Counted from the stretch's first letter, positions 39,488 through 49,151 are shown. The stretch is 64,000 bases of DNA from Desulfobacterales bacterium (GCA_963674755.2 CAXXVS010000002.1:864001-928000); one strand, 5' to 3'. The notes: generated by a model not told the origin, from the sequence alone. Made by a program: numbers and translations.

Positions 39488-39557
39488 GTCGGAATCGTCT
39501 CCATCATAAGAGCCGGGCACAGTACCCCAAGGATTGAAATTCAGGGAACATGATCCT

Positions 39558-40163
39558 TCAACCCGGGGGGGCAAGGTCCATGATGCTTTCCCTGATCAGG
39601 ATTTCCACCACCTCGCAGACCGGCAGCCCGACCACATTGGAATAGGAACCGCTGATGCGGCGTACCAGAAAGGTGCCCATCCCCTGGATGGCATAGGCGC
39701 CGGCTTTGTCAAAAGGCTCTCCGGTGCGGATGTACCATTCGATCTCCTTATCGCTCAACGCCTTGAACGTCACGTCCGTGGACACCGCATCGCTGAACAT
39801 GGCCTGGGTGCTCGATCGACGGATGCAAAAGCCCGTGTACACCTGGTGGGTCTTGCCCGACAGGCGGTTCAGCATGGAACGGGCTTCCTCCATCGAGCCG
39901 GGTTTGCCGAGAAGGCGGTTGTCGGCCGCCACGATGGTGTCAGCTCCGATGACCCAGGCCGCAGGATATTGCAGCGCCACGGCGTTCGCCTTGGCCTCGG
40001 CCAGGCGCCGCACATAGGCGGCCGGCTCATCAGGGGCGATACGGTCCTCGTCGAACGGGCTGGGAATGACGGTAAAACGCAATCCCGCCTGTTCCAGCAG
40101 GTATTTGCGCCGCGGAGACTGGGAAGCCAGAATTAGTTCGGCATTGGTGACGCCGCTGGTCAT
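39558..40163 (-). CDS. maf: Maf-family nucleotide pyrophosphatase
   Basis: LASQSPRR, GADT, LGKP, DKAGAYAIQG and NVVGLP motifs. Confidence 0.92.
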   Translation of the reverse strand: MTSGVTNAELILASQSPRRKYLLEQAGLRFTVIPSPFDEDRIAPDEPAAYVRRLAEAKANAVALQYPAAWVIGADTIVAADNRLLGKPGSMEEARSMLNRLSGKTHQVYTGFCIRRSSTQAMFSDAVSTDVTFKALSDKEIEWYIRTGEPFDKAGAYAIQGMGTFLVRRISGSYSNVVGLPVCEVVEILIRESIMDLAPPG

Positions 40164-40291
40164 GGGGTTTCTGTTTCCACTTAAAGGTGAGTGATAAAAT
40201 TAAAAGATCAAGCCGGTGATTGTAGGTTTTTATCCTTTATCCGATATTCTTTTGCAGCTATCCTTACAGAAAAAAAGAAAAGGATTAACGG

Positions 40292-40380
40292 GTGCCCATC
40301 CCTAAACGGCATCGTTTGGCCCCTGGCGTCGTTCTCGCCTCCTGCCGGTCCTCGGCGTAGCTGGGCTGCGCCTGTGGGCG
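40292..40380. repeat. Degenerate, truncated second copy of the 36247-36385 element
   Basis: GTGCCCATCCC..GGCATCGTTTGGCCCC..TCTCGC..TCCTCGGCGTA..GCTGCGCCTGTGG aligns colinearly with the first copy. Confidence 0.6.
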
Positions 40381-40543
40381 CCAACAGGTTGCGGTTTGTT
40401 GAACACGGATGTGTTTAAAAATCAAACGTGAAATCCTGTGCGGTGTTACGGGACCAGGAACCGAAGTCTACTATTTTTGGATGGGCACTAACTACCAGAA
40501 GGCCATCGGATTGACAACCCGAGGCCAAAGTGCGGAGCAATTC

Positions 40544-41203
40544 ATGGTGTACTGGATCATCGGATATGGTCGGGTGGGGCGGCGGGCGCTCACACGCCTG
40601 CGGCACAAATCACCCGAAGCTGTTTTCACCGTTGTCGATCCGCGCCTTTCCAGACCGCCCGAGAAGATGAAAAACGTGCGTTGGCACCGCCAGGACGGCG
40701 TGGCGTTTTTGATGGATCACCACCCGGAGATGACGACCGACCCGTCGCCCTGGATCGTTCCGGCGTTGCCCCTTCATCTGGCCTTTGAATGGATCGTGGC
40801 CCGGATCAGGAAAACAGGCTCGGTGAGCACAATACCGGTACCCACCCATCTGGTGGCACAGCTCCCCAATGCGGTCGTCGGACCCGATGGGCAGGCCTAT
40901 GTCAGCAATGCGGATTTCATTTGTCCGATAAACTGCAGTGAGCCGGACGACAATTGCCCGGCGACCGGTCAGGCGAGACCATGTGATCTATATGCCTTTT
41001 TAGGCGACCTCCGGATCGAAGATTGCCGGTCTGTTGTTGTGCGCAGCCACCAGCTGGCCCCTGGCGTAGGGGGGTATCGCGGATGTCAATTGGAAGAGGC
41101 CCAGCGGGCTATTCAAACCCGACCGGGTAAGGTGTTGCTGAGCACCGCCAGCAAATGCCACGGCGTTGTGCACGCTTTAACGTTGGGAATGGATAAAGGA
41201 TAG
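40544..41203 (+). CDS. Hypothetical protein: Rossmann N-terminus plus Cys-rich C-terminal domain
   Basis: WIIGYGRVG nucleotide-binding motif; CPINCSEPDDNCP, SHQLAPGVGG and KCHGV motifs. Confidence 0.7.
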   Translation: MVYWIIGYGRVGRRALTRLRHKSPEAVFTVVDPRLSRPPEKMKNVRWHRQDGVAFLMDHHPEMTTDPSPWIVPALPLHLAFEWIVARIRKTGSVSTIPVPTHLVAQLPNAVVGPDGQAYVSNADFICPINCSEPDDNCPATGQARPCDLYAFLGDLRIEDCRSVVVRSHQLAPGVGGYRGCQLEEAQRAIQTRPGKVLLSTASKCHGVVHALTLGMDKG

Positions 41204-41334
41204 ATGGAACGATTCGGTTCACATAAATCCGTAAACGCCATCAAACATTCTGAATCCAGCATTCATACTAACGGGCTGATTTTCTTGACAGTCATCTGTA
41301 TTCCCGTTAAAAGCACCCTGGATATGCCCACCAT

Positions 41335-41422
41335 GCCCGGGTGGCGGAATAGGTAGACGCAAGGGACTTAAAATCCCTCGGTGTAATACACCGTGCCGGT
41401 TCGATTCCGGCCCCGGGCACCA
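41335..41422 (+). tRNA. tRNA-Leu(UAA)
   Basis: GCCCGGG acceptor stem, AGGGA-CTTAAAA-TCCCT anticodon arm, long variable arm, GGTTCGATTCC, CCA; TTGACA-N17-TAAAAG upstream. Confidence 0.97.
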
Positions 41423-41512
41423 CGCTTTTCCATTAATTTCCCAACGTATCGATTGCTTGAGTTTTTATCTTTTCATTTCAGGTCGTATGGCGATTCGAGG
41501 CACCGATAGATA

Positions 41513-41905
41513 ATGGATGAAGCTTCACCCGAAAAGTCTCTAACGATCCAGTTCGCGCGGGAGCGCAGTCGGGAGGCGGCCGAGCGGACATTGATGGCTT
41601 GGATTCGCACCGCTTTAGCCTTGATCGGGTTCGGGTTTACAATTGCCAAATTCCACGACTACCTTGAACAATCCGAGTTGATGGCGGCCATCGACCCTAT
41701 TCACAGCGCACTTGTATTCGGCGGGAGTTTTATCGCCATAGGCGTTTTTGGCCTTATCGCCGCGATTGTGCAGCATTGGCGGATTTTAAGGCGGCTTGAA
41801 AGCGATGTATTCATTTACGCCCAACCCCGACGATTGCCGATGTTTGTGGCAATTCTCATTGTACTGATCGGTTTGTTCGGTCTCATGGCCCTCCTGATTT
41901 ATTGA
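41513..41905 (+). CDS. DUF202 / YidH-family membrane protein
   Basis: AAERTLMAWIRTALALIGFG signature; three TM helices. Confidence 0.85.
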   Translation: MDEASPEKSLTIQFARERSREAAERTLMAWIRTALALIGFGFTIAKFHDYLEQSELMAAIDPIHSALVFGGSFIAIGVFGLIAAIVQHWRILRRLESDVFIYAQPRRLPMFVAILIVLIGLFGLMALLIY

Positions 41906-42144
41906 TCGTAACGAATGCTATTCCCCCCTCCTAATAGCTACGTGGAATCTGTGCTCTGGGCTTCCCGCAGGTTGGATTTTTCCGGCCCAATTATAGACCA
42001 ACCGAAGCATTGATACCCATCGATCAAATTAACTTCATCGTTATTTGACCAACAAAAAGGCGGGCTGCTTGCCCGCTGTCATCCAGATGCATCGATTGGT
42101 TTTTCAGGCCGAATGCCTGTTTTCAAGCGTATTGGGATAGTGTT

Positions 42145-42292
42145 GGGGAGGGGGCAAGACCCGATGTCTTGCCCCCGACGAAAGGAGTTGGAATGGAATC
42201 CGTTGACGGCAATCGAGGGATCGTGAACTTCAAAAGCGCTCAGGGTTGATAGGCCAGGTCTGTAGGCGGTCGATCCCTGATTGCCACTTGAC
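42145..42292 (-). ncRNA. Candidate sigma54-dependent small RNA
   Basis: Long 5' stem (GGCAATCAGGGATCG/CGATCCCTCGATTGCC), single-stranded C/U-rich TTCCATTCCAACTCCTTTC and 11-bp 3' hairpin, downstream of a consensus sigma54 promoter. Confidence 0.6.
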
Positions 42293-42302
42293 GCGGATTA
42301 AT

Positions 42303-42318
42303 AGCAATCCCTGTGCCA
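42303..42318 (-). promoter_or_regulatory. sigma54 (-24/-12) promoter
   Basis: Minus strand TGGCACAGGGATTGCT; palindrome TGACAG-N3-CTGTCA at 42392-42406 is a possible enhancer site. Confidence 0.75.
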
Positions 42319-42828
42319 GAACGCCCCTCGACGATTTAGGCTAAAATAACAGTAGGATGGAATTTTTCAGATAATTGGATCAATACCTGTTTGACAGGAT
42401 CTGTCAGTCGCAATGCCGTAAATTGTCAGGCCACACGATGAGAAAACCCCGCTTGGGAGCCTTATCGGAGAGATGAGGGGTGAAACAACCCACCCAAAAT
42501 AAAGACGGCTCTATTAGGGAAGTGTAGGGCGTTTGGGTGAGGAGGGCGCCATCATCGCTATATTTCAGTCAAAAAAGGGCGGAGCTTTCGCTCCGCCCTG
42601 CGAGGAAGGTTATAAGGAATGCCACCAATACCGGCGACACCCGTATTGATGATAAGGACGGCGGTGCAAATGTTCAAGGGGTTTCGGCAATCCATGCTGA
42701 GCAGAGGCCTTTTCCCTATCCCTTATGTGTCAAGGCAGATACCGGACCTTCGGAATGTATTAACGCCCCACGTCCGAATGTTGTCTTAGAACTCCCTCCC
42801 TTTATACGGACACTCGATTAAAAAGTTC

Positions 42829-42898
42829 TTGACAAGATGCCCCATTTTTTTTACGTGTTTGTCACACATAGCGAATATTTGTAACGCAATGTGTGACA
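42829..42898 (+). promoter_or_regulatory. Promoter and inverted-repeat operator upstream of the IclR-led cluster
   Basis: TTGACA at 42829; TGTCACACATAGCG (42860-42873) and CGCAATGTGTGACA (42885-42898) form a 13/14 inverted repeat. Confidence 0.55.
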
Positions 42899-42976
42899 CA
42901 TGTATGACCTATACTTTCCCTGTATACGACAATAGCGATTACACACGGATCTTTTTGCTTAAGGCGAGGGCACGCG

Positions 42977-43771
42977 ATGCCATCCAAAGGGAAAAAATAC
43001 TATGTCATTTCTTCGCTGGGAAAAGGTTTGCGGGTGTTGGAACTGCTGGCCGAACACGGCGAATTGGGTGTTTCGGCCGTGGCCGCCCATTTGGATACAA
43101 ATCGGGCCGGCTGCCATCGGTTTCTATTGAGTTTGAGAGACTTGGGTTATGTGGAGAAAACGGAGGAAGGGCGCTATAGGCTGACCTTTAAAGTCCTTGA
43201 ACTCGGCATGAAGAAGCTCGAACGTTTTGAAATACGACATACGGCCCATCCCATGATGCAGGAGCTTTCCCGCGCCTTCCGTGAGACCGTCAATCTGGGT
43301 TTCTGGGACGGGCACGCCATCGTTCATCTGGACAAAATCAATAGCACTGAAATTCTTCGCATGGATTCAGGGTTGGGCACCCTGGCACCGGCCTATTGCA
43401 CCGGGTTGGGCAAGGCGATTCTGGCATTTTTGCCGGAGGATGAAGTCGATATCTATCTTCAGACGATCGAGTTCGAACGACTAACACCGAATACCATCCA
43501 TTCGGCGGACACCTTCAAGAAAGCCCTTTACAGGATTCGTGAGAGAGGCTTTGCCGTTGACAACGAAGAACTCAGCATCGGATTGCGCTGCATTGGAGCT
43601 CCGGTTTTTGACTACACCGGAAGGGCTAGTTTTGCGCTCAGCATCTCCGGGCCTACGCACCGAATGTCGGACGAGCGCGTAGAGGCAATGTCCGAAATCC
43701 TACAAAGCGTCTGCCAGCGCTTGTCACAAAAAATCGGCAGCCCAGGCCAACAGGCCCCGGGTTTTGCCTAA
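42977..43771 (+). CDS. IclR-family transcriptional regulator
   Basis: SLGKGLRVLELL wHTH; ETVNL, CTGLGKAILA, GFAVDNEE and CIGAPV motifs. Confidence 0.92.
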   Translation: MPSKGKKYYVISSLGKGLRVLELLAEHGELGVSAVAAHLDTNRAGCHRFLLSLRDLGYVEKTEEGRYRLTFKVLELGMKKLERFEIRHTAHPMMQELSRAFRETVNLGFWDGHAIVHLDKINSTEILRMDSGLGTLAPAYCTGLGKAILAFLPEDEVDIYLQTIEFERLTPNTIHSADTFKKALYRIRERGFAVDNEELSIGLRCIGAPVFDYTGRASFALSISGPTHRMSDERVEAMSEILQSVCQRLSQKIGSPGQQAPGFA

Positions 43772-43791
43772 ACAGGGAGGAATCGAAACTC

Positions 43792-44634
43792 ATGGGGAAA
43801 AAACATACGCGGTTTGACTTGCAGAAGATGAAGGACGAGCGCCAACGGGCCGTATGGGTCACGGCCTATGACTATTGGACAGCCAGCTTTGCCGAACAGG
43901 CTGGGATGGACATGATTCTGGTGGGGGATTCCCTCGGGATGTGCATCTACGGTTACAGTGGAACGGTCCCGGTCACCATGGACCAGTGCATTTATCACAG
44001 CGAAGCGGTTCGCCGGGGAGCGTCCAACACGTTTGTGATCGGCGACATGCCTTTTCTCTCCTACCAGGTGAGCGTTCCGGAAGCGGTGCGCAACGCCGGC
44101 CGCTTTCACAAGGAAGCCGGGGTGGACGCCATCAAGCTTGAGGGCGGACAACGCGTCATTGGGCAGATCCGCGCCATTGCCGACGGCGGCATGCTGGTCA
44201 TGGGCCACATCGGACTGACCCCCCAGAGTTCGGGCATGCAGGGAGGCTTTAAAGCCCAAGGACGCACGGCCGAAGCCGCTAGGGACCTTATCGAAGACGC
44301 CGTGGCCATCGAGGCGGCGGGTGCCTTCGCCCTTTTGGTGGAGGCGGTACCGCCGGAAGTCTGCGGCATCATCCGTGACAAGTTGACGATTCCCGTCTAC
44401 AGCATCGGCGCCGGTTGGGAAGCGGACGGGCAGCTCATGATCTGCAGTGATGTGCTGGGCATATTCCAGGCCTTCACCCCCAAGTTCGTCAAGAAATACG
44501 AAAACCTGGGGAAAAAGACGGTCGAAGCCTTCCAGCAATACGTCCAAGATGCCCGTAGCGGCGAATTTCCCAAGGAAGAACATGCCTACAAGATGGTGAC
44601 GGGTGAGTTGGAGAAATTGAAACAAATGCTTTAA
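43792..44634 (+). CDS. panB: PanB-family (ketopantoate hydroxymethyltransferase-like) enzyme
   Basis: TAYD, LVGDSLG, GDMPF, KLEGG, GHIGLTPQ, SIGAG and PKFVK motifs. Confidence 0.8.
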   Translation: MGKKHTRFDLQKMKDERQRAVWVTAYDYWTASFAEQAGMDMILVGDSLGMCIYGYSGTVPVTMDQCIYHSEAVRRGASNTFVIGDMPFLSYQVSVPEAVRNAGRFHKEAGVDAIKLEGGQRVIGQIRAIADGGMLVMGHIGLTPQSSGMQGGFKAQGRTAEAARDLIEDAVAIEAAGAFALLVEAVPPEVCGIIRDKLTIPVYSIGAGWEADGQLMICSDVLGIFQAFTPKFVKKYENLGKKTVEAFQQYVQDARSGEFPKEEHAYKMVTGELEKLKQML

Positions 44635-44868
44635 CCGAAGGGGAAAGGTTAACATAGAAGGGCAACAAACGAAGATTTAGGATTTCGATAAAAACACCAG
44701 GATTACGGCATGCGGCCGTGATTAGAGAATTCAACAACAACGGTATGCATCGGCATACATTGAAAAACACATCAGCGTGTTCGCTCCCGAAATAAGGATT
44801 TTTGGTTTTGACAGGAAGGTCAGGAGCAGAAAAGCCATTTCCGGAGGGGCACATTACCGGAGGTCTTT

Positions 44869-45813
44869 ATGTCAGCAGTGCTTAAAACGATTCGTGATTT
44901 CATGGAAAAAGAAGGTATCCCCGGACGGGACGCCTATGATCTGCCCACATCGACCAAGTCCTTCCCGGACGGCGCCAGTTTCCGCATCGAAATCGCCGGC
45001 GTGGAGCGTGCCTCGACCATGGAGGCCATGATCGACGAGGCGCGCAAACGCAATGTGACTATTCACCGCTGCATCGCCGCGGTGGGCGGATCCACCTACT
45101 GCGATTTCGAGGAGCTCAAAGCCATGGCCCAGATGGCGCGCGACGAGAAGATCGAGATGATCATGACCGTTGGCCACCGCAAGGGCTGGGACGCGGGCTC
45201 CAAGGAGATCTCCACGGCGGAAGGCGCCATGCAGGGCTTTCGGCTGCGCGGATCGGACAACATCTCCTATCACATCGCTGACATCATGCGGAACATCGAC
45301 GCCGGCCATCGCGGTTTCCTGGTTTACGATGAAGGGGTGCTCTACATCCTGAACAAGATGCGGGCCGAGGGACTGATTCCGGCTGAGACCATCTTCAAGT
45401 TTTCGGTTTTTGGCGGGTACTGCAGCGCGGCCGGCGCCAAAGTGATCGAGTCCATGGGGGCCAACTCCATGAACCCCATCTCCGATGTGTCCCTGCCGAT
45501 TCTGGGCTCAATCCGGAAAGCCGCCGACCTGCCGCTGGATGTTTATCTCATCATCGTGGACTCATTCGGCGGCATGTTCCGGGCCTATGAAGCGCCCGAA
45601 ATCGCCCGGGTGGCCGCCCCCTGCTACTTCAAGTTCGAGCCGGGAACCTCGGAAGGCGACATCTACAAACCGTGGATTACCGAAGCCTTTCACGGCAACC
45701 TCATCCGCGAAAAAGTCAAGATTGCCTCCATCGTTATGGAGATCATGCAGAAGCACGCCCCGGATTTAAAGACTTCCGCAAAAGGGCCGGCGGACCTTGT
45801 TTTACCGCGATGA
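44869..45813 (+). CDS. Uncharacterised U32-like TIM-barrel protein
   Basis: DLPTS..FPDGASFRIEI, GFLVYDEG and PLDVY..GG motifs resemble proteins loosely annotated as U32 peptidase; function unknown. Confidence 0.55.
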   Translation: MSAVLKTIRDFMEKEGIPGRDAYDLPTSTKSFPDGASFRIEIAGVERASTMEAMIDEARKRNVTIHRCIAAVGGSTYCDFEELKAMAQMARDEKIEMIMTVGHRKGWDAGSKEISTAEGAMQGFRLRGSDNISYHIADIMRNIDAGHRGFLVYDEGVLYILNKMRAEGLIPAETIFKFSVFGGYCSAAGAKVIESMGANSMNPISDVSLPILGSIRKAADLPLDVYLIIVDSFGGMFRAYEAPEIARVAAPCYFKFEPGTSEGDIYKPWITEAFHGNLIREKVKIASIVMEIMQKHAPDLKTSAKGPADLVLPR

Positions 45814-45928
45814 CCGGAGCCAGCGGCTGATGGTTGAAGGTGCCATGCGATCCTGAGGACCGCGATCGTTACCCTTCGCCCTGCCCAAGAGGGAAAAAGA
45901 TACCGAATAGACCGTAAGGACAGCCCCT

Positions 45929-47104
45929 ATGACAACGATCGATAAACTAGCTCGACGCACCCACCAAGTGGAGTGGTCGGGAATTCGCATCATGTTCGCT
46001 ATGGCCGAACAAATCCCGGATGTCGTCAATCTGGGGATCGGTCAGCCCGACTTCGATACGCCGGCATTTATTCGCGAGGCCGCGAAAAAGGCTTTGGACG
46101 AGGGGTTTACCCGCTATCCGCCCGCCAAGGGCTTTGCGGATCTGCGCAAGGCCATCGCCCAAAAGCTCGCGGTCGAAAACGGCATCACGGCCGACCCCAA
46201 CGCCGAAATCTTCGTGGCCGTAGGGGCTATGCAGGTCATTTTCAACACCTGTCTGCACTTGCTCAACCCGGGCGATGAGGTGATCGTCATAGATCCAGGC
46301 TACGACTACTATTCCCAGATCCGGTTGTTCGGCGGGGTGCCTGTGCCGGTCAAGGTCTACGAGTCCAACCAGTTCAAGGTGGATCCGGCCGACATCGAGG
46401 CGGCCATCACCGAGAAGACCAAACTGATGATCATTAACACGCCCTCCAATCCCACCGGGGCACTCTTCGACGAAGAGATCCTCAAGACGATAGCCGACAT
46501 GGCCCAAGCCCGCGACATCTGGGTACTTTCGGACGAACCATACGAGCATATCCTTTTTGACGGGCACAACCATGTCAGCATCGGCGCTTTCGAGGGCATG
46601 GCCGAGCGCACCATTTCGGCCTTCACCCTTTCCAAATCCTATGCCATGACCGGCTGGCGGGTAGGCTACGCAGCCGCGCCTAAGGTGATCGTCGACGAGA
46701 TGGAAAAATTGATGGAGCATATGGTCTCCGGCGTGGCGGCCATGGCCCAGCGGGCTGCCTTGGCCGCCATCACTGCTCCCCAGGATTGCGTGCAGGAGAT
46801 GGTGGCCACCTACGACCAGCGGCGACAGCTCGTCTACGATGGACTCAACGCCATCGACGGCATCCGCTGCCTCAAGCCGGAATCGACCTTCTACGCTTTC
46901 CCGAACATCAAGGCCACCGGGCTCTCCTCCTGGGAATTTGCCAAATACCTGGTGCAAGAACACCGGGTGGCGGTGGTGCCGGGAAGCATTTTCGGTGAGG
47001 GTGGCGAAGGATACGTGCGCTTTTCCTTTGCCGCCGGAATGAATCAGCTCAAGGAGGGCATTGCCCGTATCGAGAGAGGGGTGGCAGGTTTGAAACGCCC
47101 ATGA
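45929..47104 (+). CDS. Class I/II PLP aminotransferase
   Basis: LGIGQPDF, NTPSNPTG, SDEPY and SKSYAMTGWRVG motifs. Confidence 0.92.
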   Translation: MTTIDKLARRTHQVEWSGIRIMFAMAEQIPDVVNLGIGQPDFDTPAFIREAAKKALDEGFTRYPPAKGFADLRKAIAQKLAVENGITADPNAEIFVAVGAMQVIFNTCLHLLNPGDEVIVIDPGYDYYSQIRLFGGVPVPVKVYESNQFKVDPADIEAAITEKTKLMIINTPSNPTGALFDEEILKTIADMAQARDIWVLSDEPYEHILFDGHNHVSIGAFEGMAERTISAFTLSKSYAMTGWRVGYAAAPKVIVDEMEKLMEHMVSGVAAMAQRAALAAITAPQDCVQEMVATYDQRRQLVYDGLNAIDGIRCLKPESTFYAFPNIKATGLSSWEFAKYLVQEHRVAVVPGSIFGEGGEGYVRFSFAAGMNQLKEGIARIERGVAGLKRP

Positions 47105-47149
47105 TCCGGAAACGCCTGTCCGGGCCTTTTTCTGAAGAGAGGAACGATC

Positions 47150-48322
47150 ATGCCGTTATTTCCCAAAGAAGAATATCTTGAACGGCTGCGCAAAACCAAG
47201 ACGCGCATGAGCGCGGCCGGCATCGATGTGCTGGTGGTGTCCGATCCGGCCAACATGAACTACCTAACCGGCTATGACGGTTGGTCCTTTTATGTGCCCC
47301 AGTGCGTGGTGGTCGGACTGGATGCCGATCTTCCCCTGTGGATCGGGCGGGGGATGGACGTGGCCGGCGCCCGTCACACCACTTTTTTACCCGAAGGCAA
47401 CATTGTCGGGTATCCGGACCATTACGTGCAGACCCTGGAGCGCCATCCCCTCAACTTTGTGGGGGATCGGATCAGGGATCGCGGCTGGGGAAACAAAACC
47501 GTGGGCGTGGAAATGGATGCCTATTATTTTTCAGCCCGCTCCTACGCCGAACTCCAGAAGCATCTACCCGACGCCCAATTCGCCAATGCCGACCTTTTGG
47601 TGAACTGGATTCGGTTGGTCAAGTCCGACGGAGAGATCGCCCTGATGAAAGAGGCCGGCAAGATTGCCGAGCGAGTTATGCAGACCGCCATCGACCGGCT
47701 TGAGCCGGGCGTGCGGGAGTGCGATGCCGTGGCTGCCGTCTACCAGGCCCAGATGTCCGGCACGCCGGATTTCGGAGGCGATTACCCCGCCATTGTCCCT
47801 ATGATGCCAACCGGCGAGAAGACATCGGCGCCGCACCTGACCTGGACCGACGCTCCCTACCAGAGCGAACAGATGGTCAACCTGGAACTGGCGGCCTGCC
47901 GCCATCGGTATCATTGCCCCATAGCTCGAACCGCTTATCTGGGGAAAAACCCGCCGGCCAAACTGGTGGAATTGGCCAATCACACCGTGGAAGGACTTGA
48001 CATCACGCTGGGGGCCATCAAACCGGGAATGCGGGCCGAGGAGGTGGAGCTGGTATGGCGCAACCATATCGCCAAGGCCGGTCTCGAGAAGGAATCCCGC
48101 ATCGGCTACGCCATGGGGCTGAACTACCCACCGGATTGGGGGGAGCACACCGCCAGTCTGCGCCCGGGGGATCAGACCGTGCTGGCGCCCAACATGACCT
48201 TTCATATGATTCTGGGCATGTGGATGGACGACTACGGATTCGAGTGCAGCGAGTCGCTGCGGCTGACGGAGACGGGCTGTGAAACCTTTGCCGACTTTCC
48301 GCGCAAGCTGTTTGTCAAATGA
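47150..48322 (+). CDS. eutD: Ectoine hydrolase EutD/DoeA (M24 fold)
   Basis: TGYDGWSFYV, GYPDHYVQTLERHP, GGDYPAIVP, APHLTW and YPPDWGE..SLRPGD signatures. Confidence 0.82.
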   Translation: MPLFPKEEYLERLRKTKTRMSAAGIDVLVVSDPANMNYLTGYDGWSFYVPQCVVVGLDADLPLWIGRGMDVAGARHTTFLPEGNIVGYPDHYVQTLERHPLNFVGDRIRDRGWGNKTVGVEMDAYYFSARSYAELQKHLPDAQFANADLLVNWIRLVKSDGEIALMKEAGKIAERVMQTAIDRLEPGVRECDAVAAVYQAQMSGTPDFGGDYPAIVPMMPTGEKTSAPHLTWTDAPYQSEQMVNLELAACRHRYHCPIARTAYLGKNPPAKLVELANHTVEGLDITLGAIKPGMRAEEVELVWRNHIAKAGLEKESRIGYAMGLNYPPDWGEHTASLRPGDQTVLAPNMTFHMILGMWMDDYGFECSESLRLTETGCETFADFPRKLFVK

Positions 48323-48378
48323 GGCGCGAGAAAAACGGTACCGGACGGAAAGAAACTTAAACCGAGAGGCTATGCACA

Positions 48379-49110
48379 TTGATTTACCGCACACGCCAAG
48401 GACAAGTGAGCAGCGGGGAGGCCATCGGCATCCTTTTGCTCGACACGGCGGTACCTTTCATCCCGGGGGATGTGGCCAATGCCACAACGTATAACTTTCC
48501 GGTGCGATTTAGGAAGGTAGAGGGATTCTCGGTAGCGCGGGCCATTGGCAAGGATCCCACGATATACGAGGTTCTCAAGGCGGCAGCCGAGGAACTGGTC
48601 GAACAGGGCGTGCGGGCCGTGACCGGGGATTGCGGATTTATGGCGTTGCACCAGGCACGCCTGGCGGATGAATTGGGGGTTCCCGTATTTTTGTCGAGCC
48701 TGCTGCAGATTCCGTTCATACTGAATATCCTCGGGAAAAGGGCCAAAGTTGGCGTGATTACGGCCGACAGCCGCAGTCTGGATGCCGGCCTTCTGGCGGT
48801 GGTGGGTGTCGGCGAGCCTGACCGCTTGGTCATCGAAGGACTGGAGGACCGCGAGGCCTTCTTCCGGTTCGCCATCGAGGAGACCGGTCTGCTCGATGCG
48901 GCGGAGGTGAAAGCCGAGGTGATCGAGGCCGGCCGACATATCGTGGCGCGCGATGATGCCGTGGGGGCGTTCCTGCTGGAGTGCAGTCTCTTGCCCCCCT
49001 ATGCCGCCGCCCTGCAGGAAAGGCTTCAAATGCCCGTGTTCGACTATATCACCATGATCAACCATGTTTTTTCAGCCGTCGTCCAACGACCTTACAACGG
49101 CTATCTCTAA
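48379..49110 (+). CDS. Asp/Glu racemase-superfamily protein
   Basis: FIPGDVANATTY, TGDCGF, SSLLQ and LECSLLPPY two-Cys motifs; TTG start. Confidence 0.75.
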   Translation: MIYRTRQGQVSSGEAIGILLLDTAVPFIPGDVANATTYNFPVRFRKVEGFSVARAIGKDPTIYEVLKAAAEELVEQGVRAVTGDCGFMALHQARLADELGVPVFLSSLLQIPFILNILGKRAKVGVITADSRSLDAGLLAVVGVGEPDRLVIEGLEDREAFFRFAIEETGLLDAAEVKAEVIEAGRHIVARDDAVGAFLLECSLLPPYAAALQERLQMPVFDYITMINHVFSAVVQRPYNGYL

Positions 49111-49151
49111 ACAAAAAGGGGCGCTGGATACCGAAGGAGACCGGTTACACA

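Noticed and set aside
42193..42249. Plus-strand 18-aa ORF MESVDGNRGIVNFKSAQG with perfect SD, as a type I toxin
   Set aside because: The peptide is not hydrophobic and no plus-strand promoter is evident; the SD/ATG is more simply the complement of an sRNA seed (not fully excluded)
42537..43179. ORFs 42537-42821 and 42829-43179
   Set aside because: No RBS or motifs; the second spans the promoter/operator and overlaps iclR out of frame
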